The notes beneath the pieces are model-generated. The model was not told where the DNA came from and ran no database searches. It saw only the letters and a list, made by a program, of their open reading frames with translations. A program made the translations under genes and the position numbers. Shown piece by piece: positions 50,002 to 62,204 of a stretch of DNA of 64,000 bases. Location: assembly GCF_001677475.2 (NCBI RefSeq), contig NZ_CP015229.1; one strand, written 5' to 3'. The DNA comes from Escherichia coli. GTDB lineage: Bacteria > Pseudomonadota > Gammaproteobacteria > Enterobacterales > Enterobacteriaceae. Positions within the stretch are counted from its first letter, which is position 1, and each line of letters begins with the position of its first letter.

Positions 50002-50993
50002 TGCGTATTCGCTACGGTTGGGAACTGGCTCTTGCCGCACTGCTCGTTATTGAGATTGTCGCATTTGGTGCAATTAACCCGCGGATGTTAGATCTCAATA
50101 TGTTGCTGTTCAGCACCAGTGACTTTATCTGCATTGGCATTGTCGCCCTACCGCTGACGATGGTGATTGTCAGTGGCGGGATCGATATTTCGTTTGGTTC
50201 GACCATCGGCCTCTGCGCCATTGCATTGGGCGTACTGTTTCAAAGTGGTGTGCCGATGCCGCTGGCGATCCTCCTGACCTTATTGCTCGGCGCATTGTGC
50301 GGGCTTATCAACGCCGGATTAATTATCTATACCAAAGTTAACCCGCTGGTGATTACGCTTGGCACGCTGTATCTGTTTGCCGGAAGCGCCCTGCTGCTTT
50401 CCGGAATGGCCGGAGCGACGGGGTACGAAGGTATTGGTGGATTCCCGATGGCGTTTACAGATTTCGCTAACCTGGATGTGCTGGGACTCCCCGTTCCGCT
50501 GATTATCTTTCTGATATGTCTCCTCGTTTTCTGGCTCTGGCTGCATAAAACCCATGCCGGACGTAATGTGTTTTTGATTGGGCAAAGCCCGCGCGTGGCA
50601 CTTTATAGCGCGATTCCAGTTAACCGCACCTTATGTGCGCTCTATGCCATGACGGGGCTGGCGTCTGCGGTCGCCGCTGTGCTGCTGGTGTCGTATTTTG
50701 GTTCAGCACGTTCCGATCTCGGTGCGTCGTTTCTGATGCCCGCCATCACCGCCGTGGTGCTTGGCGGTGCCAATATTTATGGTGGTTCCGGTTCCATTAT
50801 CGGCACCGCCATTGCGGTTTTACTAGTGGGATATTTGCAACAAGGTTTGCAAATGGCAGGAGTGCCAAATCAGGTGTCCAGCGCCCTTTCCGGTGCGCTG
50901 CTTATCGTCGTTGTCGTAGGTCGTTCCGTTAGCCTGCATCGCCAGCAAATTAAAGAGTGGCTGGCGCGTCGGGCCAATAACCCATTGCCATAA
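50001..50993 (+). CDS. lsrD: AI-2 ABC transporter permease
   Basis: 330-aa membrane ORF; start overlaps the lsrC stop. Confidence 0.9.
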   Translation: MRIRYGWELALAALLVIEIVAFGAINPRMLDLNMLLFSTSDFICIGIVALPLTMVIVSGGIDISFGSTIGLCAIALGVLFQSGVPMPLAILLTLLLGALCGLINAGLIIYTKVNPLVITLGTLYLFAGSALLLSGMAGATGYEGIGGFPMAFTDFANLDVLGLPVPLIIFLICLLVFWLWLHKTHAGRNVFLIGQSPRVALYSAIPVNRTLCALYAMTGLASAVAAVLLVSYFGSARSDLGASFLMPAITAVVLGGANIYGGSGSIIGTAIAVLLVGYLQQGLQMAGVPNQVSSALSGALLIVVVVGRSVSLHRQQIKEWLARRANNPLP

Positions 50994-51004
50994 AGGATAT
51001 CTTC

Positions 51005-52027
51005 ATGACACTTCATCGCTTTAAGAAAATCGCCTTACTTAGCGCCCTTGGCATTGCCGCAATTTCTATGAATGTGCATGCCGCAGAGCGTATTGCATTT
51101 ATTCCCAAACTGGTTGGCGTGGGATTTTTTACCAGCGGTGGCAACGGCGCACAACAAGCGGGTAAAGAGCTGGGCGTTGATGTGACCTACGACGGGCCGA
51201 CAGAACCCAGTGTTTCTGGTCAGGTACAGTTGATTAATAACTTCGTCAATCAGGGTTATAACGCCATTATCGTTTCTGCGGTTTCGCCTGATGGCTTGTG
51301 TCCGGCACTGAAACGCGCCATGCAACGTGGTGTGAGAGTGCTGACCTGGGACTCGGATACTAAACCGGAGTGCCGCTCTTACTACATTAATCAGGGAACG
51401 CCCGCCCAGTTAGGAGGTATGTTGGTGGATATGGCGGCACGTCAGGTGAATAAAGACAAAGCCAAAGTCGCGTTTTTCTACTCCAGCCCCACCGTTACGG
51501 ACCAAAACCAGTGGGTGAAAGAAGCGAAAGCGAAAATCGCCAAAGAGCATCCAGGCTGGGAAATTGTCACTACGCAGTTTGGCTATAACGATGCCACTAA
51601 ATCGTTACAAACCGCAGAAGGAATATTAAAAGCGTATAGCGATCTCGACGCCATTATCGCTCCGGATGCCAACGCCCTGCCCGCTGCCGCACAAGCCGCA
51701 GAAAACCTGAAAAATGACAAAGTTGCGATTGTCGGATTCAGTACGCCAAATGTGATGCGCCCGTATGTAGAGCGCGGCACGGTGAAAGAATTTGGCCTGT
51801 GGGATGTGGTTCAGCAAGGCAAAATTTCAGTGTATGTCGCGGATGCATTATTGAAAAAAGGATCAATGAAAACGGGCGACAAGCTGGATATCCAGGGAGT
51901 AGGTCAGGTGGAAGTCTCGCCAAACAGCGTTCAGGGCTATGACTACGAAGCGGATGGTAATGGCATCGTACTGTTACCGGAGCGCGTGATATTCAACAAA
52001 GAGAATATCGGCAAATACGATTTCTGA
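51005..52027 (+). CDS. lsrB: Periplasmic AI-2-binding protein
   Basis: 340-aa ORF with signal peptide. Confidence 0.92.
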   Translation: MTLHRFKKIALLSALGIAAISMNVHAAERIAFIPKLVGVGFFTSGGNGAQQAGKELGVDVTYDGPTEPSVSGQVQLINNFVNQGYNAIIVSAVSPDGLCPALKRAMQRGVRVLTWDSDTKPECRSYYINQGTPAQLGGMLVDMAARQVNKDKAKVAFFYSSPTVTDQNQWVKEAKAKIAKEHPGWEIVTTQFGYNDATKSLQTAEGILKAYSDLDAIIAPDANALPAAAQAAENLKNDKVAIVGFSTPNVMRPYVERGTVKEFGLWDVVQQGKISVYVADALLKKGSMKTGDKLDIQGVGQVEVSPNSVQGYDYEADGNGIVLLPERVIFNKENIGKYDF

Positions 52028-52053
52028 TGTGCATTACTTAACCGGAGTACGTT

Positions 52054-52929
52054 ATGGCAGATTTAGACGATATTAAAGATGGTAAAGATTTTCGTACCGA
52101 TCAACCGCAAAAAAATATCCCTTTTACCCTGAAAGGTTGCGGTGCGCTGGATTGGGGAATGCAGTCACGCTTATCGCGGATATTTAATCCGCAAACGGGT
52201 AAAACCGTGATGCTGGCCTTTGACCATGGTTATTTTCAGGGGCCGACTACCGGACTTGAACGCATTGATATAAATATCGCCCCGCTGTTTGAACATGCCG
52301 ATGTATTAATGTGTACGCGCGGCATTTTGCGCAGCGTAGTCCCCCCTGCGACCAATAAGCCGGTGGTACTGCGGGCGTCAGGTGCGAACTCTATTCTGGC
52401 GGAATTAAGTAATGAAGCCGTGGCGTTATCGATGGATGACGCCGTGCGCCTGAACAGTTGCGCGGTGGCGGCGCAGGTTTATATCGGCAGCGAATATGAA
52501 CATCAGTCGATCAAAAATATTATTCAGCTGGTCGATGCCGGAATGAAAGTGGGAATGCCGACCATGGCCGTGACTGGCGTGGGCAAAGATATGGTGCGCG
52601 ATCAGCGTTATTTCTCGCTCGCGACTCGAATCGCCGCTGAAATGGGGGCGCAAATTATCAAAACCTATTATGTTGAAAAAGGTTTTGAACGGATTGTTGC
52701 CGGATGTCCGGTACCCATTGTTATTGCTGGCGGTAAAAAATTACCGGAGCGCGAGGCGCTGGAAATGTGCTGGCAGGCTATCGATCAGGGTGCTTCTGGT
52801 GTGGATATGGGGCGTAATATTTTCCAGTCTGACCATCCGGTGGCGATGATGAAAGCCGTACAGGCGGTGGTTCACCATAACGAAACGGCTGATCGGGCAT
52901 ATGAACTCTATCTGAGTGAAAAACAGTAA
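52054..52929 (+). CDS. lsrF: Phospho-AI-2 processing thiolase (aldolase-fold)
   Basis: 291-aa ORF recognised as LsrF. Confidence 0.9.
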   Translation: MADLDDIKDGKDFRTDQPQKNIPFTLKGCGALDWGMQSRLSRIFNPQTGKTVMLAFDHGYFQGPTTGLERIDINIAPLFEHADVLMCTRGILRSVVPPATNKPVVLRASGANSILAELSNEAVALSMDDAVRLNSCAVAAQVYIGSEYEHQSIKNIIQLVDAGMKVGMPTMAVTGVGKDMVRDQRYFSLATRIAAEMGAQIIKTYYVEKGFERIVAGCPVPIVIAGGKKLPEREALEMCWQAIDQGASGVDMGRNIFQSDHPVAMMKAVQAVVHHNETADRAYELYLSEKQ

Positions 52930-52951
52930 CTGCGGATTAAGGAGAAGAAAC

Positions 52952-53242
52952 ATGCACGTCACACTGGTTGAAATTAACGTTCATGAAGACAAGGTTGACG
53001 AGTTTATCGAAGTTTTTCGCCAAAACCATCTGGGCTCGGTACAGGAAGAAGGCAATTTGCGCTTCGATGTCTTACAGGACCCGGAAGTGAATTCGCGCTT
53101 TTATATTTACGAAGCCTATAAAGATGAAGACGCAGTGGCGTTCCATAAAACCACGCCCCACTACAAAACCTGTGTCGCGAAACTGGAATCTTTAATGACC
53201 GGGCCGCGTAAAAAACGTCTGTTCAATGGGTTGATGCCGTGA
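52952..53242 (+). CDS. lsrG: Phospho-AI-2 isomerase
   Basis: ORF 52916..53242 trimmed to [18 protein letters not shown]… (96 aa), preceded by AAGGAGAAG. Confidence 0.88.
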   Translation: MHVTLVEINVHEDKVDEFIEVFRQNHLGSVQEEGNLRFDVLQDPEVNSRFYIYEAYKDEDAVAFHKTTPHYKTCVAKLESLMTGPRKKRLFNGLMP

Positions 53243-53298
53243 GGCGAATTTATCAGTTTTATCTACAATTGGGGTAACGCGCTGACGGGAGTAAATAA

Positions 53299-54057
53299 AT
53301 GTCTGACTGGAATCCCTCTTTATATCTGCACTTTGCCGCTGAACGATCGCGTCCGGCGGTGGAGCTGCTTGCCAGAGTGCCGCTGGAGAATATCAAATAC
53401 GTTGCCGATCTTGGCTGTGGCCCAGGTAACAGCACCGCCCTGCTGCATCAACGTTGGCCTGCTGCCAGGATAACGGGCATCGACTCGTCTCCGGCGATGA
53501 TTGCTGAAGCGCGCAGTGCTTTGCCAGACTGCCAGTTCGTGGAAGCAGACATCCGCAACTGGCAACCGGTACAGGCACTCGATCTGATTTTTGCTAATGC
53601 CTCACTGCAATGGCTGCCCGACCATTACGAATTGTTCCCTCATCTGGTTTCTTTACTTAATTCGCATGGTGTGTTGGCAGTACAGATGCCAGATAACTGG
53701 CTAGAGCCGACCCATGTGCTCATGCGCGAAGTCGCCTGGGAACAAAATTATCCGGATCGCGGGCGTGAGCCGCTGGATGGCGTTCATGCTTACTACGATA
53801 TTTTGAGCGAAGCCGGATGTGAGGTCGATATCTGGCGAACCACCTACTATCACCAGATGCCGTCGCACCAGGCGATTATCGATTGGGTGACCGCCACTGG
53901 ATTACGCCCGTGGTTACAGGATCTGACCGAGAGCGAACAGCAGCATTTTCTTACGCGCTACCATCAGATGCTGGAAGAGCAGTATCCCCTCCAGGAGAAC
54001 GGAGAGATACTGCTGGCATTTCCGCGTCTGTTTATTGTTGCCCAGCGTACGGAGTAA
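53299..54057 (+). CDS. tam: trans-Aconitate 2-methyltransferase
   Basis: 252-aa ORF with SAM-binding motif [10 protein letters not shown]. Confidence 0.9.
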   Translation: MSDWNPSLYLHFAAERSRPAVELLARVPLENIKYVADLGCGPGNSTALLHQRWPAARITGIDSSPAMIAEARSALPDCQFVEADIRNWQPVQALDLIFANASLQWLPDHYELFPHLVSLLNSHGVLAVQMPDNWLEPTHVLMREVAWEQNYPDRGREPLDGVHAYYDILSEAGCEVDIWRTTYYHQMPSHQAIIDWVTATGLRPWLQDLTESEQQHFLTRYHQMLEEQYPLQENGEILLAFPRLFIVAQRTE

Positions 54058-54060
54058 ATA

Positions 54061-54975
54061 TTACGTCAGCTGGTAATGACGATCGGGAAGAATTTTTGCT
54101 GGAATTTCTGCTTCATCGTTCATCTGTAACAGGTCAATTTCAATAGCGTTGCAGATGGCATCCAGTGGTAAATCATTGTTTTCAGTACCGAAGGGATCTT
54201 CCAGTTCTTCCGCCAGACAATCCAGCGAAATAAAAGTGTAGGAAATCAGCACAGAGATAAAAGGCGTCATGTAATGCAGGTCCACGACCAGCGCGAACGG
54301 TAGCATGATACAAAACAGATAAACGGTACGATGCAAAATCAGGGTGTAGGCAAAGGGAATTGGCGTGTAGGCAATGCGCTCGCAACCTGCCAGAACCGCT
54401 GAAATATCGTTAAGCCGATCGTTGAGGCTAATAAACAGGATATCTGAAAGCTGTCCATTGCGTCGCTGAACCGCCAACCACTCCCCCATTATCAACAAAA
54501 TACGGTTAGCTGGAGTGTTTGAAGCCAGTACACGCTGAAGATCTTCAGTCTTGAGATAATGTGCCAGCACTTCCGCCTGTGGCTGTTTGCGTAATGTCAT
54601 GCGTAAACAGTGGGCGAAGGCGATTTGCAGCCGGGCAAACTCCCTTACACTTGCCGAATCCGGCAATGTCGTTTTTACCTCGCGCAGTAACGACCGTGAG
54701 GCAATCATCAACTGCCCCCAAAGTTTTCGCGCTTCAACGTAACGGGCGTACCCAGCATTATTACGAAAACCAAGAAAAATGGCGATGGCGACACCGAGAA
54801 TGCTGAACGGTGCGAGGGTGAATTTAATGCCCAAATGCGTGTACCAGGGCAGCATGAAAATAACAGCGATAGAAAAGAGAAAATTGAGTAGTAAGCGCGA
54901 GGATATCTTGGATAATACTGAACCGTGCCAGACAAAAATACGGCGCAGCCAGTGTTGTTGTGGACGAACAATCAT
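54061..54975 (-). CDS. yneE: Bestrophin-family membrane protein
   Basis: ORF 54061..55026 trimmed to MIVRPQQHWLRRIF… (304 aa); convergent with tam. Confidence 0.8.
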   Translation of the reverse strand: MIVRPQQHWLRRIFVWHGSVLSKISSRLLLNFLFSIAVIFMLPWYTHLGIKFTLAPFSILGVAIAIFLGFRNNAGYARYVEARKLWGQLMIASRSLLREVKTTLPDSASVREFARLQIAFAHCLRMTLRKQPQAEVLAHYLKTEDLQRVLASNTPANRILLIMGEWLAVQRRNGQLSDILFISLNDRLNDISAVLAGCERIAYTPIPFAYTLILHRTVYLFCIMLPFALVVDLHYMTPFISVLISYTFISLDCLAEELEDPFGTENNDLPLDAICNAIEIDLLQMNDEAEIPAKILPDRHYQLT

Positions 54976-55144
54976 GGTTATCTTCAGGCGTGGAAAAGTC
55001 GCACTATTAAACGTGATTCCGATCACATTCTCAAGACACTACTTACAAATTACCTACAAGCTTACAACATCAACAGGTGCTGCATGTGGCACCTGTTGAT
55101 GATAAAGGCACATAGGATGTTGTAACTAATATAGTCAAATAAGA

Positions 55145-55164
55145 AACCCGGTCGAAACCGGGTT
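55145..55164 (-). terminator. Intrinsic terminator downstream of uxaB
   Basis: aacccggt-cgaa-accgggtt followed on the transcript by tcttatttgac. Confidence 0.6.
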
Positions 55165-55171
55165 CAGAGTA

Positions 55172-56623
55172 TTAGCACAACGGACGTACAGCTTCGCGCA
55201 TTCCTTTTTCGAGAATCGCATCCAGGTCATTAGCAACCTGCTCGACCAGACCAGGCACTTGCGTCAGGTCCTGCTCCCAGTGGTCTTTTTCTGCCAACAC
55301 AATAGCAACCAGTTCCTGGGTGCCGATAACACGGTCATGATGCTGGCTCCAGAGTTGCTGATAACGTTCCAGCCAGTGGGCATCGTCCTGTACCGGATAT
55401 GTTTCTCCGTTACGCTCACCGCGATAAAACGCAATCAATGCCGCTAATGCGAAAGTAAGGCGCGCCGGAAGTGTGCCGTTTGCCTTCTGCCCTGCCAGCA
55501 GCTGCGGCAGGATACGGGTGCGGAACTTGGTCATACCGTTAAGCGCGATAGACAGAAGCTGATGCTTGATGTACGGATTACGGAAACGTCCGGTGACTGC
55601 ACTGGCGAAAGATTCCAGTTCATCACGAGGCAAATCCAGTACCGGAATAATCTCTTCGTAGATGGCTTTTTCAACGAATGCACAAATTTCAGCATCGTTC
55701 ATCGCTTCACCTACAGTATCCAGCCCTGCCTGGAACGCCACCGGCACCAGCGCCGTGTGTGCACCGTTGAGGATTGCCACTTTGCGCTCTTTATACGGTT
55801 TAATATCGTCAACAATCAGCACGTTGAGCGGATATTTGTCCAGACGCAGCTCAGTCGCTAAGGATTTCGGCCCCTGAATCACAAACAGGTAAAAGTGTTC
55901 AGCGGTGTCGAGGAAACCATCGTGATAACCCAGTTCTTCTTCCAGTTTAGCCACTTCATCACGCGGATAACCGGTGACGATACGGTCCACCAGCGTAGAA
56001 CAGAAGCTGTTAGCCTGATCCAGCCATTGAATAAATGCTTCTGGTAGTGCCCACTCTTGCGCGTAGCGCAGCACCAGTTCACGCAGTGCATCGCCGTTAT
56101 AGTCGATCAGTTCACATGGGATGATGATCCAACCTTTATCCTGCGCTCCGTTGAAATGGCTGAAACGTTCGAACAGCAGACGGGTCAGTTTTGCCGGATA
56201 ACTTACCGCTGGCGCGTCATCGAATTTATCGCCCGCATGGTAGCTGATACCTGCTTCGGTGGTGTTAGAGAAAACAAAGCGCATTTCCGGGTTGTGCGCC
56301 AGTTTCAGGAATTCATCGTATTCACTGTAGACGCTGATTTCACGATTAACAGAGCGAATCAGACGCGCGTCGCTGACCGCCTCCCCCTTCTCATTCAAAC
56401 CACGAATGATGGTGGTGTACAGACCATCCTGCGTGCTCAGTGACGGCGGGAATGAAGTTTCAATCGGACGAACAACGACCACGCCAGAATTCAGATCGGT
56501 GTGCTCATTCAGGAGATCGATTTGCCAGTCAACAAAGGCGCGCAGGAAGTTACCTTCACCAAACTGAATGATACGTTCTGGATACTGTGCACCGGGAAAA
56601 TCGCGACGATTTAGTGTTTTCAC
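55172..56623 (-). CDS. uxaB: Altronate oxidoreductase (tagaturonate reductase)
   Basis: 483-aa [33 protein letters not shown]… recognised as UxaB. Confidence 0.92.
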   Translation of the reverse strand: MKTLNRRDFPGAQYPERIIQFGEGNFLRAFVDWQIDLLNEHTDLNSGVVVVRPIETSFPPSLSTQDGLYTTIIRGLNEKGEAVSDARLIRSVNREISVYSEYDEFLKLAHNPEMRFVFSNTTEAGISYHAGDKFDDAPAVSYPAKLTRLLFERFSHFNGAQDKGWIIIPCELIDYNGDALRELVLRYAQEWALPEAFIQWLDQANSFCSTLVDRIVTGYPRDEVAKLEEELGYHDGFLDTAEHFYLFVIQGPKSLATELRLDKYPLNVLIVDDIKPYKERKVAILNGAHTALVPVAFQAGLDTVGEAMNDAEICAFVEKAIYEEIIPVLDLPRDELESFASAVTGRFRNPYIKHQLLSIALNGMTKFRTRILPQLLAGQKANGTLPARLTFALAALIAFYRGERNGETYPVQDDAHWLERYQQLWSQHHDRVIGTQELVAIVLAEKDHWEQDLTQVPGLVEQVANDLDAILEKGMREAVRPLC

Positions 56624-56850
56624 AATGGGTTCCCTTCTGATTAGTCATACAACCTGTTTGAATTGGTACGACAGGTTAGCAAACTTTAATACGCCGAACC
56701 CCTGTTTTGATCAACTCCTGATGATTAATGAGCAGTTTTATGAGAAAAGTGTGGCGCGGATCATGGTTTAATCAAGGAACTACGCCTTTTATTCGCTCAA
56801 TAAAGTGGTAGAACACATTCCGTTTAAATCGCTGTGAATGAATAAAGATG

Positions 56851-58269
56851 TCAGACAACTTCCTCACCGTAACGCATAGTGCTGGTACGGTTGCGCCCAT
56901 CTTTCTTCGAGCGATACAGACACGTATCGGCTTCGACCATCAATTTATTAAAGTCATCGGTCAGCGTTCGGTACGACGCGCATCCACTACCGACGCCAAT
57001 ACTTACCGTGAGATAAAGCGTTTTTTGTTGCCAGGTGAACGGTTGCAGTTCAACGCCTTTACGGATTTTTTCCGCCATTAGCAGACCATCGACAGGATTC
57101 ACCGATGGCACTGCAACAGCAAATTCTTCGCCGCCCATTCGTGCCACCAGCCCCTTATCACCGACAATCTTCTGAATATGCTGGGCAAACACGCTTAACA
57201 CTTTATCGCCACATTCATGTCCATAGTTATCGTTAATGCTTTTGAAATAGTCGATATCAAGCAGCATGACAGTCAGATGTTGTGTCTGTTTCAGCGATGG
57301 ACTTTTCAGCGCCTCATAAAGACCGGACCGTGAGTAAACCTGAGTCAGAAAATCAAAGTCGGCTCGCAGCGCAACTTGCTTCATTAGCGAATTGATCGCT
57401 GCCACGCTAAAAGAAACCATAATTGGGCATATCGCCATCGTGGCAATACCGAGACGTGCGGAGAACATTTCTGGAATGGAGAATGGCGAACCGACCGAGA
57501 TATCAATTACCGAATTTGCCACCAGTACGATTTCCACCGCACCGGTGACAAAGGTCAACAGACATGTTACCTGCGGCGTATAGCGCACTGCACACCAGAT
57601 TAATGCAGGCAGCGGGAACGCCAGACTCCCCGCTCCGCCAATGACTACCGAGGCAATAACCGACACAATAAGCGCGATAGCGGGCATCATCTGTTCTGCT
57701 TTAAAGCGCGGCAGCACTCCCGGAATAGCCAACGTCAGCATACAAGGCACGATCAACACGCCCGTTGAGAATTGCTCACTGAACCAGTCGGCAAGCAAAG
57801 GCCAGAAATCCAGACTATCAATACTGACCGAACCAATCGCCCCGACAATAGCGCATAATAATGCGGCAATCAGACAGTAATTAAATAGCCGTAAGGCACT
57901 TACTGGCTCATACTTATTTTTCCCCAAACGCTTATCCCGCACGACCAGTAAGGCGACGGTAACAATAAACATCATATTAGAGAAATTGATAGCCAGTGAA
58001 ACCAGCCCCCATTCGGTGGTTATGGCATCATAAACCAGCATTGCCACATAACTGATCGCATAGTAATGCAGTCGATTAAGCCAGACATAGCGGGCAAACA
58101 CCCCCGCCATTACGCCATTCAGCGGCCAGAAAAGAGAAAGTTCGTGAACCAGCCGTAACTCTGCACCAATAAAATAGAACAGCGTGGTTAGCGCAAAAAT
58201 AGCGATGCTATTACGTAGCAGATGACCTTCCTGGAACAAACGGAAAGTTGAAATGGGCTGTACATGCAT
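56851..58269 (-). CDS. dgcF: Membrane diguanylate cyclase (N-terminal membrane sensor domain plus GGDEF, GGEEF motif)
   Basis: 472-aa ORF; GGEEF active-site motif in the C-terminal domain; K-12 yneF/dgcF position. Start codon not verified. Confidence 0.75.
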   Translation of the reverse strand: MHVQPISTFRLFQEGHLLRNSIAIFALTTLFYFIGAELRLVHELSLFWPLNGVMAGVFARYVWLNRLHYYAISYVAMLVYDAITTEWGLVSLAINFSNMMFIVTVALLVVRDKRLGKNKYEPVSALRLFNYCLIAALLCAIVGAIGSVSIDSLDFWPLLADWFSEQFSTGVLIVPCMLTLAIPGVLPRFKAEQMMPAIALIVSVIASVVIGGAGSLAFPLPALIWCAVRYTPQVTCLLTFVTGAVEIVLVANSVIDISVGSPFSIPEMFSARLGIATMAICPIMVSFSVAAINSLMKQVALRADFDFLTQVYSRSGLYEALKSPSLKQTQHLTVMLLDIDYFKSINDNYGHECGDKVLSVFAQHIQKIVGDKGLVARMGGEEFAVAVPSVNPVDGLLMAEKIRKGVELQPFTWQQKTLYLTVSIGVGSGCASYRTLTDDFNKLMVEADTCLYRSKKDGRNRTSTMRYGEEVV

Positions 58270-58407
58270 TAATTATCTGTCCATACAATTGCGGGTGGCA
58301 ATTATCTCAACGTAATAAGTAAATTCTCATAAAGGATAGCATGTTCGCTGACAGCGGCGGCAAATAAAGATATCCTGGGAATGCTATTTTATCGTTTTCC
58401 GCAATTA

Positions 58408-58767
58408 TCATGGCTGATTCATCTGTATAACCAGCCAGTGATAGATTACCGCCACGATATAACGTTGTTGTTGCTCGCTTAGCGAAACACCCTGCGGAAT
58501 GTTATGCCACTTAGCCAGACAACCGCGACAACAGGTTGCAGTGGCGTGCTGAGCGATAAACACCGGATGCCCGCGCATGGGGGTTTGCTTACCGTCGTTA
58601 GCCGGTAATGCCGGAGCAAGACGTTTAGCGACAAAATCCGCCGCATGTTGTTCGATGACTGGCGCGCCTTTCTCCAGACAATACTGACGCTCTTTCATGC
58701 CCAAACGAAAGCGAGAGCGAAATTTTGAACGGGATAAACGCGCGAAGAGTGGATCGAGAGACTGCAT
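58408..58767 (-). CDS. yneG: Small conserved protein YneG
   Basis: 119-aa ORF immediately downstream of glsB. Confidence 0.75.
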   Translation of the reverse strand: MQSLDPLFARLSRSKFRSRFRLGMKERQYCLEKGAPVIEQHAADFVAKRLAPALPANDGKQTPMRGHPVFIAQHATATCCRGCLAKWHNIPQGVSLSEQQQRYIVAVIYHWLVIQMNQP

Positions 58768-59693
58768 TAATAAACCGAACGCCCTAACTGTTTCGTTAAT
58801 TGTTCAAGAACGGCAATGCCCGCAAGCGAGTTACCAGCATCATCCAGTTCCGGACTCCAGACTGCGATGGCCATTTCATGCGGAACAATCGCCACAATAC
58901 CGCCACCAACGCCAGATTTCGCTGGTAGTCCCACCCGCCAGGCAAACTCCCCCGCGTTCTGGTACATACCACTGGTCGCCATCAGTGCGTTAATTTGCCG
59001 CGCCTGCATTGGCGTCACCACAGGTTCATCAATATGAATAGCTTTCCCCTGATTAGCCAGAAAGACAAACGTCCGGGCCAGCTCTACACAGCTCATTTTC
59101 AGAGCGCAGTAATGAAAGTAGTTTTGCAGAACGGTTGTCACGTCATGATGGAAATTGCCAAACGACTTCATCAGCCAGGCGATAGCCGCATTTCGCGCGG
59201 AGTGTTCAAATTCGGAACGCGCTACCACCGTATCGTAGGAAATATCAGACACACCGCTTAAGCCGCGCACGACTTCCAGCATACGTTGCCGAGGAGCGCT
59301 TAATCGCCCTTGCAACATATCGCAGACCACCAGCGCACCGGCATTAATAAACGGATTACGCGGAATACCCTGCTCCATTTCCAGTTGCACTAAAGAATTG
59401 AACGGTGATCCAGACGGATCTTTGCCGACGCGTTGCCAGATTTCCTCTTCGGAGTAATGACGCATGGCGACAACGAGACTCAGCACTTTGGAAATAGACT
59501 GAATGGAAAAACGTTCTTGCGCGTCTCCGGCCTGAAAAAGCTGTCCGTCAACGGTACAGATAGCAATGCCCAATCGGGAACCGTCTACTGTAGCCAGCGC
59601 CGGAATATAATTCGCGACTTTACCCTGACCAATGAGCGGCCGTACTTGCCGCAAGATGTTTTCTAAAATTGCATTATCCATGGCGACTGCCAC
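58767..59693 (-). CDS. glsB: Glutaminase 2
   Basis: 308-aa [37 protein letters not shown]… recognised as GlsB/YneH. Confidence 0.92.
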   Translation of the reverse strand: MAVAMDNAILENILRQVRPLIGQGKVANYIPALATVDGSRLGIAICTVDGQLFQAGDAQERFSIQSISKVLSLVVAMRHYSEEEIWQRVGKDPSGSPFNSLVQLEMEQGIPRNPFINAGALVVCDMLQGRLSAPRQRMLEVVRGLSGVSDISYDTVVARSEFEHSARNAAIAWLMKSFGNFHHDVTTVLQNYFHYCALKMSCVELARTFVFLANQGKAIHIDEPVVTPMQARQINALMATSGMYQNAGEFAWRVGLPAKSGVGGGIVAIVPHEMAIAVWSPELDDAGNSLAGIAVLEQLTKQLGRSVY

Positions 59694-59756
59694 TTTCTAC
59701 TCCTGGACCGCAGGTCTGAAAAGACCTGCGAGTATATCAGAGCTGAATATGTAGCG

Positions 59757-61145
59757 TCAGATCCGGTCTTTCCACACCGTCTGGATATTACAGAATTCGT
59801 GTAAGCCGAAATGGGAAAGCTCACGACCAAAGCCACTCTTTTTCACGCCACCAAAGGCCACTCGCGCGTCGCTGGCACAATAACCATTGATAAACACTCC
59901 ACCGCATTCCAGACGTGCCGCCATCTGTCTGGCCTGTGTTTCGTCAGTGGTAAAAATGGTCGCTGAAAGGCCGAACTCGCTATCATTAGCCAGTTCCAGT
60001 GCATGTTCTGCATCTTTCGCAATGGTGATTGCCGCAACGGGGCCAAACATTTCTTCCCGAAACGCGGTCATTTCTGGGGTAACATTCGCCAGAACCGTTG
60101 GCGGATAGTAGTTACCTGCCCCAGCCATCTTTTCCCCGCCCAGTATCAAACGCGCACCCTGCGCCAGGGTTTTCTCCACCTGATGATGCAGCTCATCACG
60201 TAAATCAAAACGAGCCATTGGTCCGAGAGTGTTCTCTTCGTCACGGGGATCGCCCATTTTCAAGGCTGCCGCAGCTGCCACAAAACGTTCGGTAAATGCA
60301 GAAGCAATTCCCTCTTCGATAATAAAGCGTTTTGCCGCTGCACATACCTGTCCGGTATTCTGATAACGTCCGGCTACCGCCGCTTTCACCGCCAGTTCCA
60401 GATCGGCATCGTTAAGCACAATAAAAGGATCCGAACCGCCCAGTTCCAGTACGCATTTTTTCAGTGCCGCTCCAGCCTGTGCGCCAATAGCAGCTCCAGC
60501 ACGAACACTTCCGGTCACCGTGACAGCAGCAATGCGCGAGTCTTTAATCATCTGACTGACACCGTCGTTGTCAGCATTCAGCCAGCCATATACGCCTTGC
60601 GGGATTCCCGCATCTTTAAACACCTGGGCAATGAGCTGAGCACACCCCATCACATTCGGCGCATGTTTAAGTAAGTAGCCGTTACCTGCAAGAATGATGG
60701 GAACAGCGCCACGCATCACCTGCCATAACGGAAAATTCCACGGCATAATCGCCAGAATCGTCCCCAACGGTCGATACTCAATAACTGCCTGCTGATTTTC
60801 CACCAGCGTAGGTTCCGCCTTCAGCATTGCCGGACCATGTTCTGCATACCAGTCACACAAATTCGCCGATTTCGCCACTTCAGCGCGCGCCTGATTGATT
60901 GGTTTGCCCATTTCACGGGTGATCATTTGCGCCATTTCTTCGCTACGGGCGCGCAGAGCCTTACCGATATCACGCAGTTTTTCAGCACGATAATCTATAT
61001 TTGTCTCGCGCCAGTCGCGAAAGCCTGCTGCCGCCAGCTGAAGTGCGTTTTCTATATCGTCAGCGCCAGCCCACGGCAGCACAGAAAGTTGTTCACCAGT
61101 GGCAGGATTTATCGAAATTGCATGGGTTGCCGGAGTAATGGTCAT
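59757..61145 (-). CDS. sad: NAD-dependent succinate-semialdehyde dehydrogenase
   Basis: 462-aa aldehyde dehydrogenase family ORF recognised as Sad/YneI. Confidence 0.9.
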   Translation of the reverse strand: MTITPATHAISINPATGEQLSVLPWAGADDIENALQLAAAGFRDWRETNIDYRAEKLRDIGKALRARSEEMAQMITREMGKPINQARAEVAKSANLCDWYAEHGPAMLKAEPTLVENQQAVIEYRPLGTILAIMPWNFPLWQVMRGAVPIILAGNGYLLKHAPNVMGCAQLIAQVFKDAGIPQGVYGWLNADNDGVSQMIKDSRIAAVTVTGSVRAGAAIGAQAGAALKKCVLELGGSDPFIVLNDADLELAVKAAVAGRYQNTGQVCAAAKRFIIEEGIASAFTERFVAAAAALKMGDPRDEENTLGPMARFDLRDELHHQVEKTLAQGARLILGGEKMAGAGNYYPPTVLANVTPEMTAFREEMFGPVAAITIAKDAEHALELANDSEFGLSATIFTTDETQARQMAARLECGGVFINGYCASDARVAFGGVKKSGFGRELSHFGLHEFCNIQTVWKDRI

Positions 61146-61245
61146 CGGGGTATCTCCTTTATGGGTTATGGAAAAAAGATACGCAGATTTACTCTTGCTT
61201 GAAAATGAATAATATTAAGCCACTTATTCACGAATTGAGAATGCT

Positions 61246-62127
61246 ATGGATCTGACCCAACTGGAGATGTTCAACGCGGTTGCCGAAGCTGGCAGCATTA
61301 CCCAGGCTGCAGCAAAAGTGCATCGCGTGCCGTCGAATCTCACTACCCGTCTACGCCAGCTGGAAACAGAACTGGGGGTTGATCTGTTTATTCGCGAGAA
61401 TCAGCGTTTACGTCTCTCGCCTGCCGGGCATAACTTTTTACGCTATAGCCAACAAATTCTCGCGTTAGTGGATGAAGCGCGGAGCGTTGTCGCTGGCGAT
61501 GAGCCGCAAGGTTTATTTTCTCTTGGTTCGCTGGAAAGCACCGCTGCAGTGCGCATTCCGGCCACGCTGGCGGAATTCAACCGTCGATATCCCAAAATTC
61601 AGTTTTCACTTTCCACCGGCCCTTCCGGCACTATGCTGGAAGGGGTGCTGGAGGGAAAACTGAATGCGGCGTTTATTGATGGGCCCATTAACCATACTGC
61701 CATTGACGGGATACCGGTGTACCGCGAGGAGTTGATGATTGTCACGCCACAAGGACATGCGCCAGTAACCCGTGCCAGTCAGGTTAATGGCAGTAACATT
61801 TATGCCTTCCGCGCCAATTGTTCGTATCGTCGCCACTTCGAGAGCTGGTTTCATGCTGACGGTGCCGCTCCGGGAACTATTCACGAGATGGAGTCGTATC
61901 ACGGAATGTTGGCCTGTGTGGTCGCAGGAGCAGGCATTGCGCTTATTCCACGCTCTATGCTGGAAAGTATGCCGGGGCATCACCAGGTTGAAGCGTGGCC
62001 GTTAGCTGAGCAATGGCGTTGGTTAACAACCTGGCTGGTCTGGCGTCGTGGTGCGAAAACGCGTCCGCTTGAGGCATTTATTCAACTACTGGATGTGCCT
62101 GACTCAGCAAAACAGGGTTACCAATGA
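61246..62127 (+). CDS. yneJ: LysR-family transcriptional regulator
   Basis: 293-aa ORF with N-terminal LysR HTH; divergent from sad. Confidence 0.88.
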   Translation: MDLTQLEMFNAVAEAGSITQAAAKVHRVPSNLTTRLRQLETELGVDLFIRENQRLRLSPAGHNFLRYSQQILALVDEARSVVAGDEPQGLFSLGSLESTAAVRIPATLAEFNRRYPKIQFSLSTGPSGTMLEGVLEGKLNAAFIDGPINHTAIDGIPVYREELMIVTPQGHAPVTRASQVNGSNIYAFRANCSYRRHFESWFHADGAAPGTIHEMESYHGMLACVVAGAGIALIPRSMLESMPGHHQVEAWPLAEQWRWLTTWLVWRRGAKTRPLEAFIQLLDVPDSAKQGYQ

Positions 62128-62204
62128 GCTATTTTTGATAGTTCTTGCAGCTCAAATGCCCTATATAGTGATGTTCCGATGACTTATGACTATATGGGGC
62201 AAAT

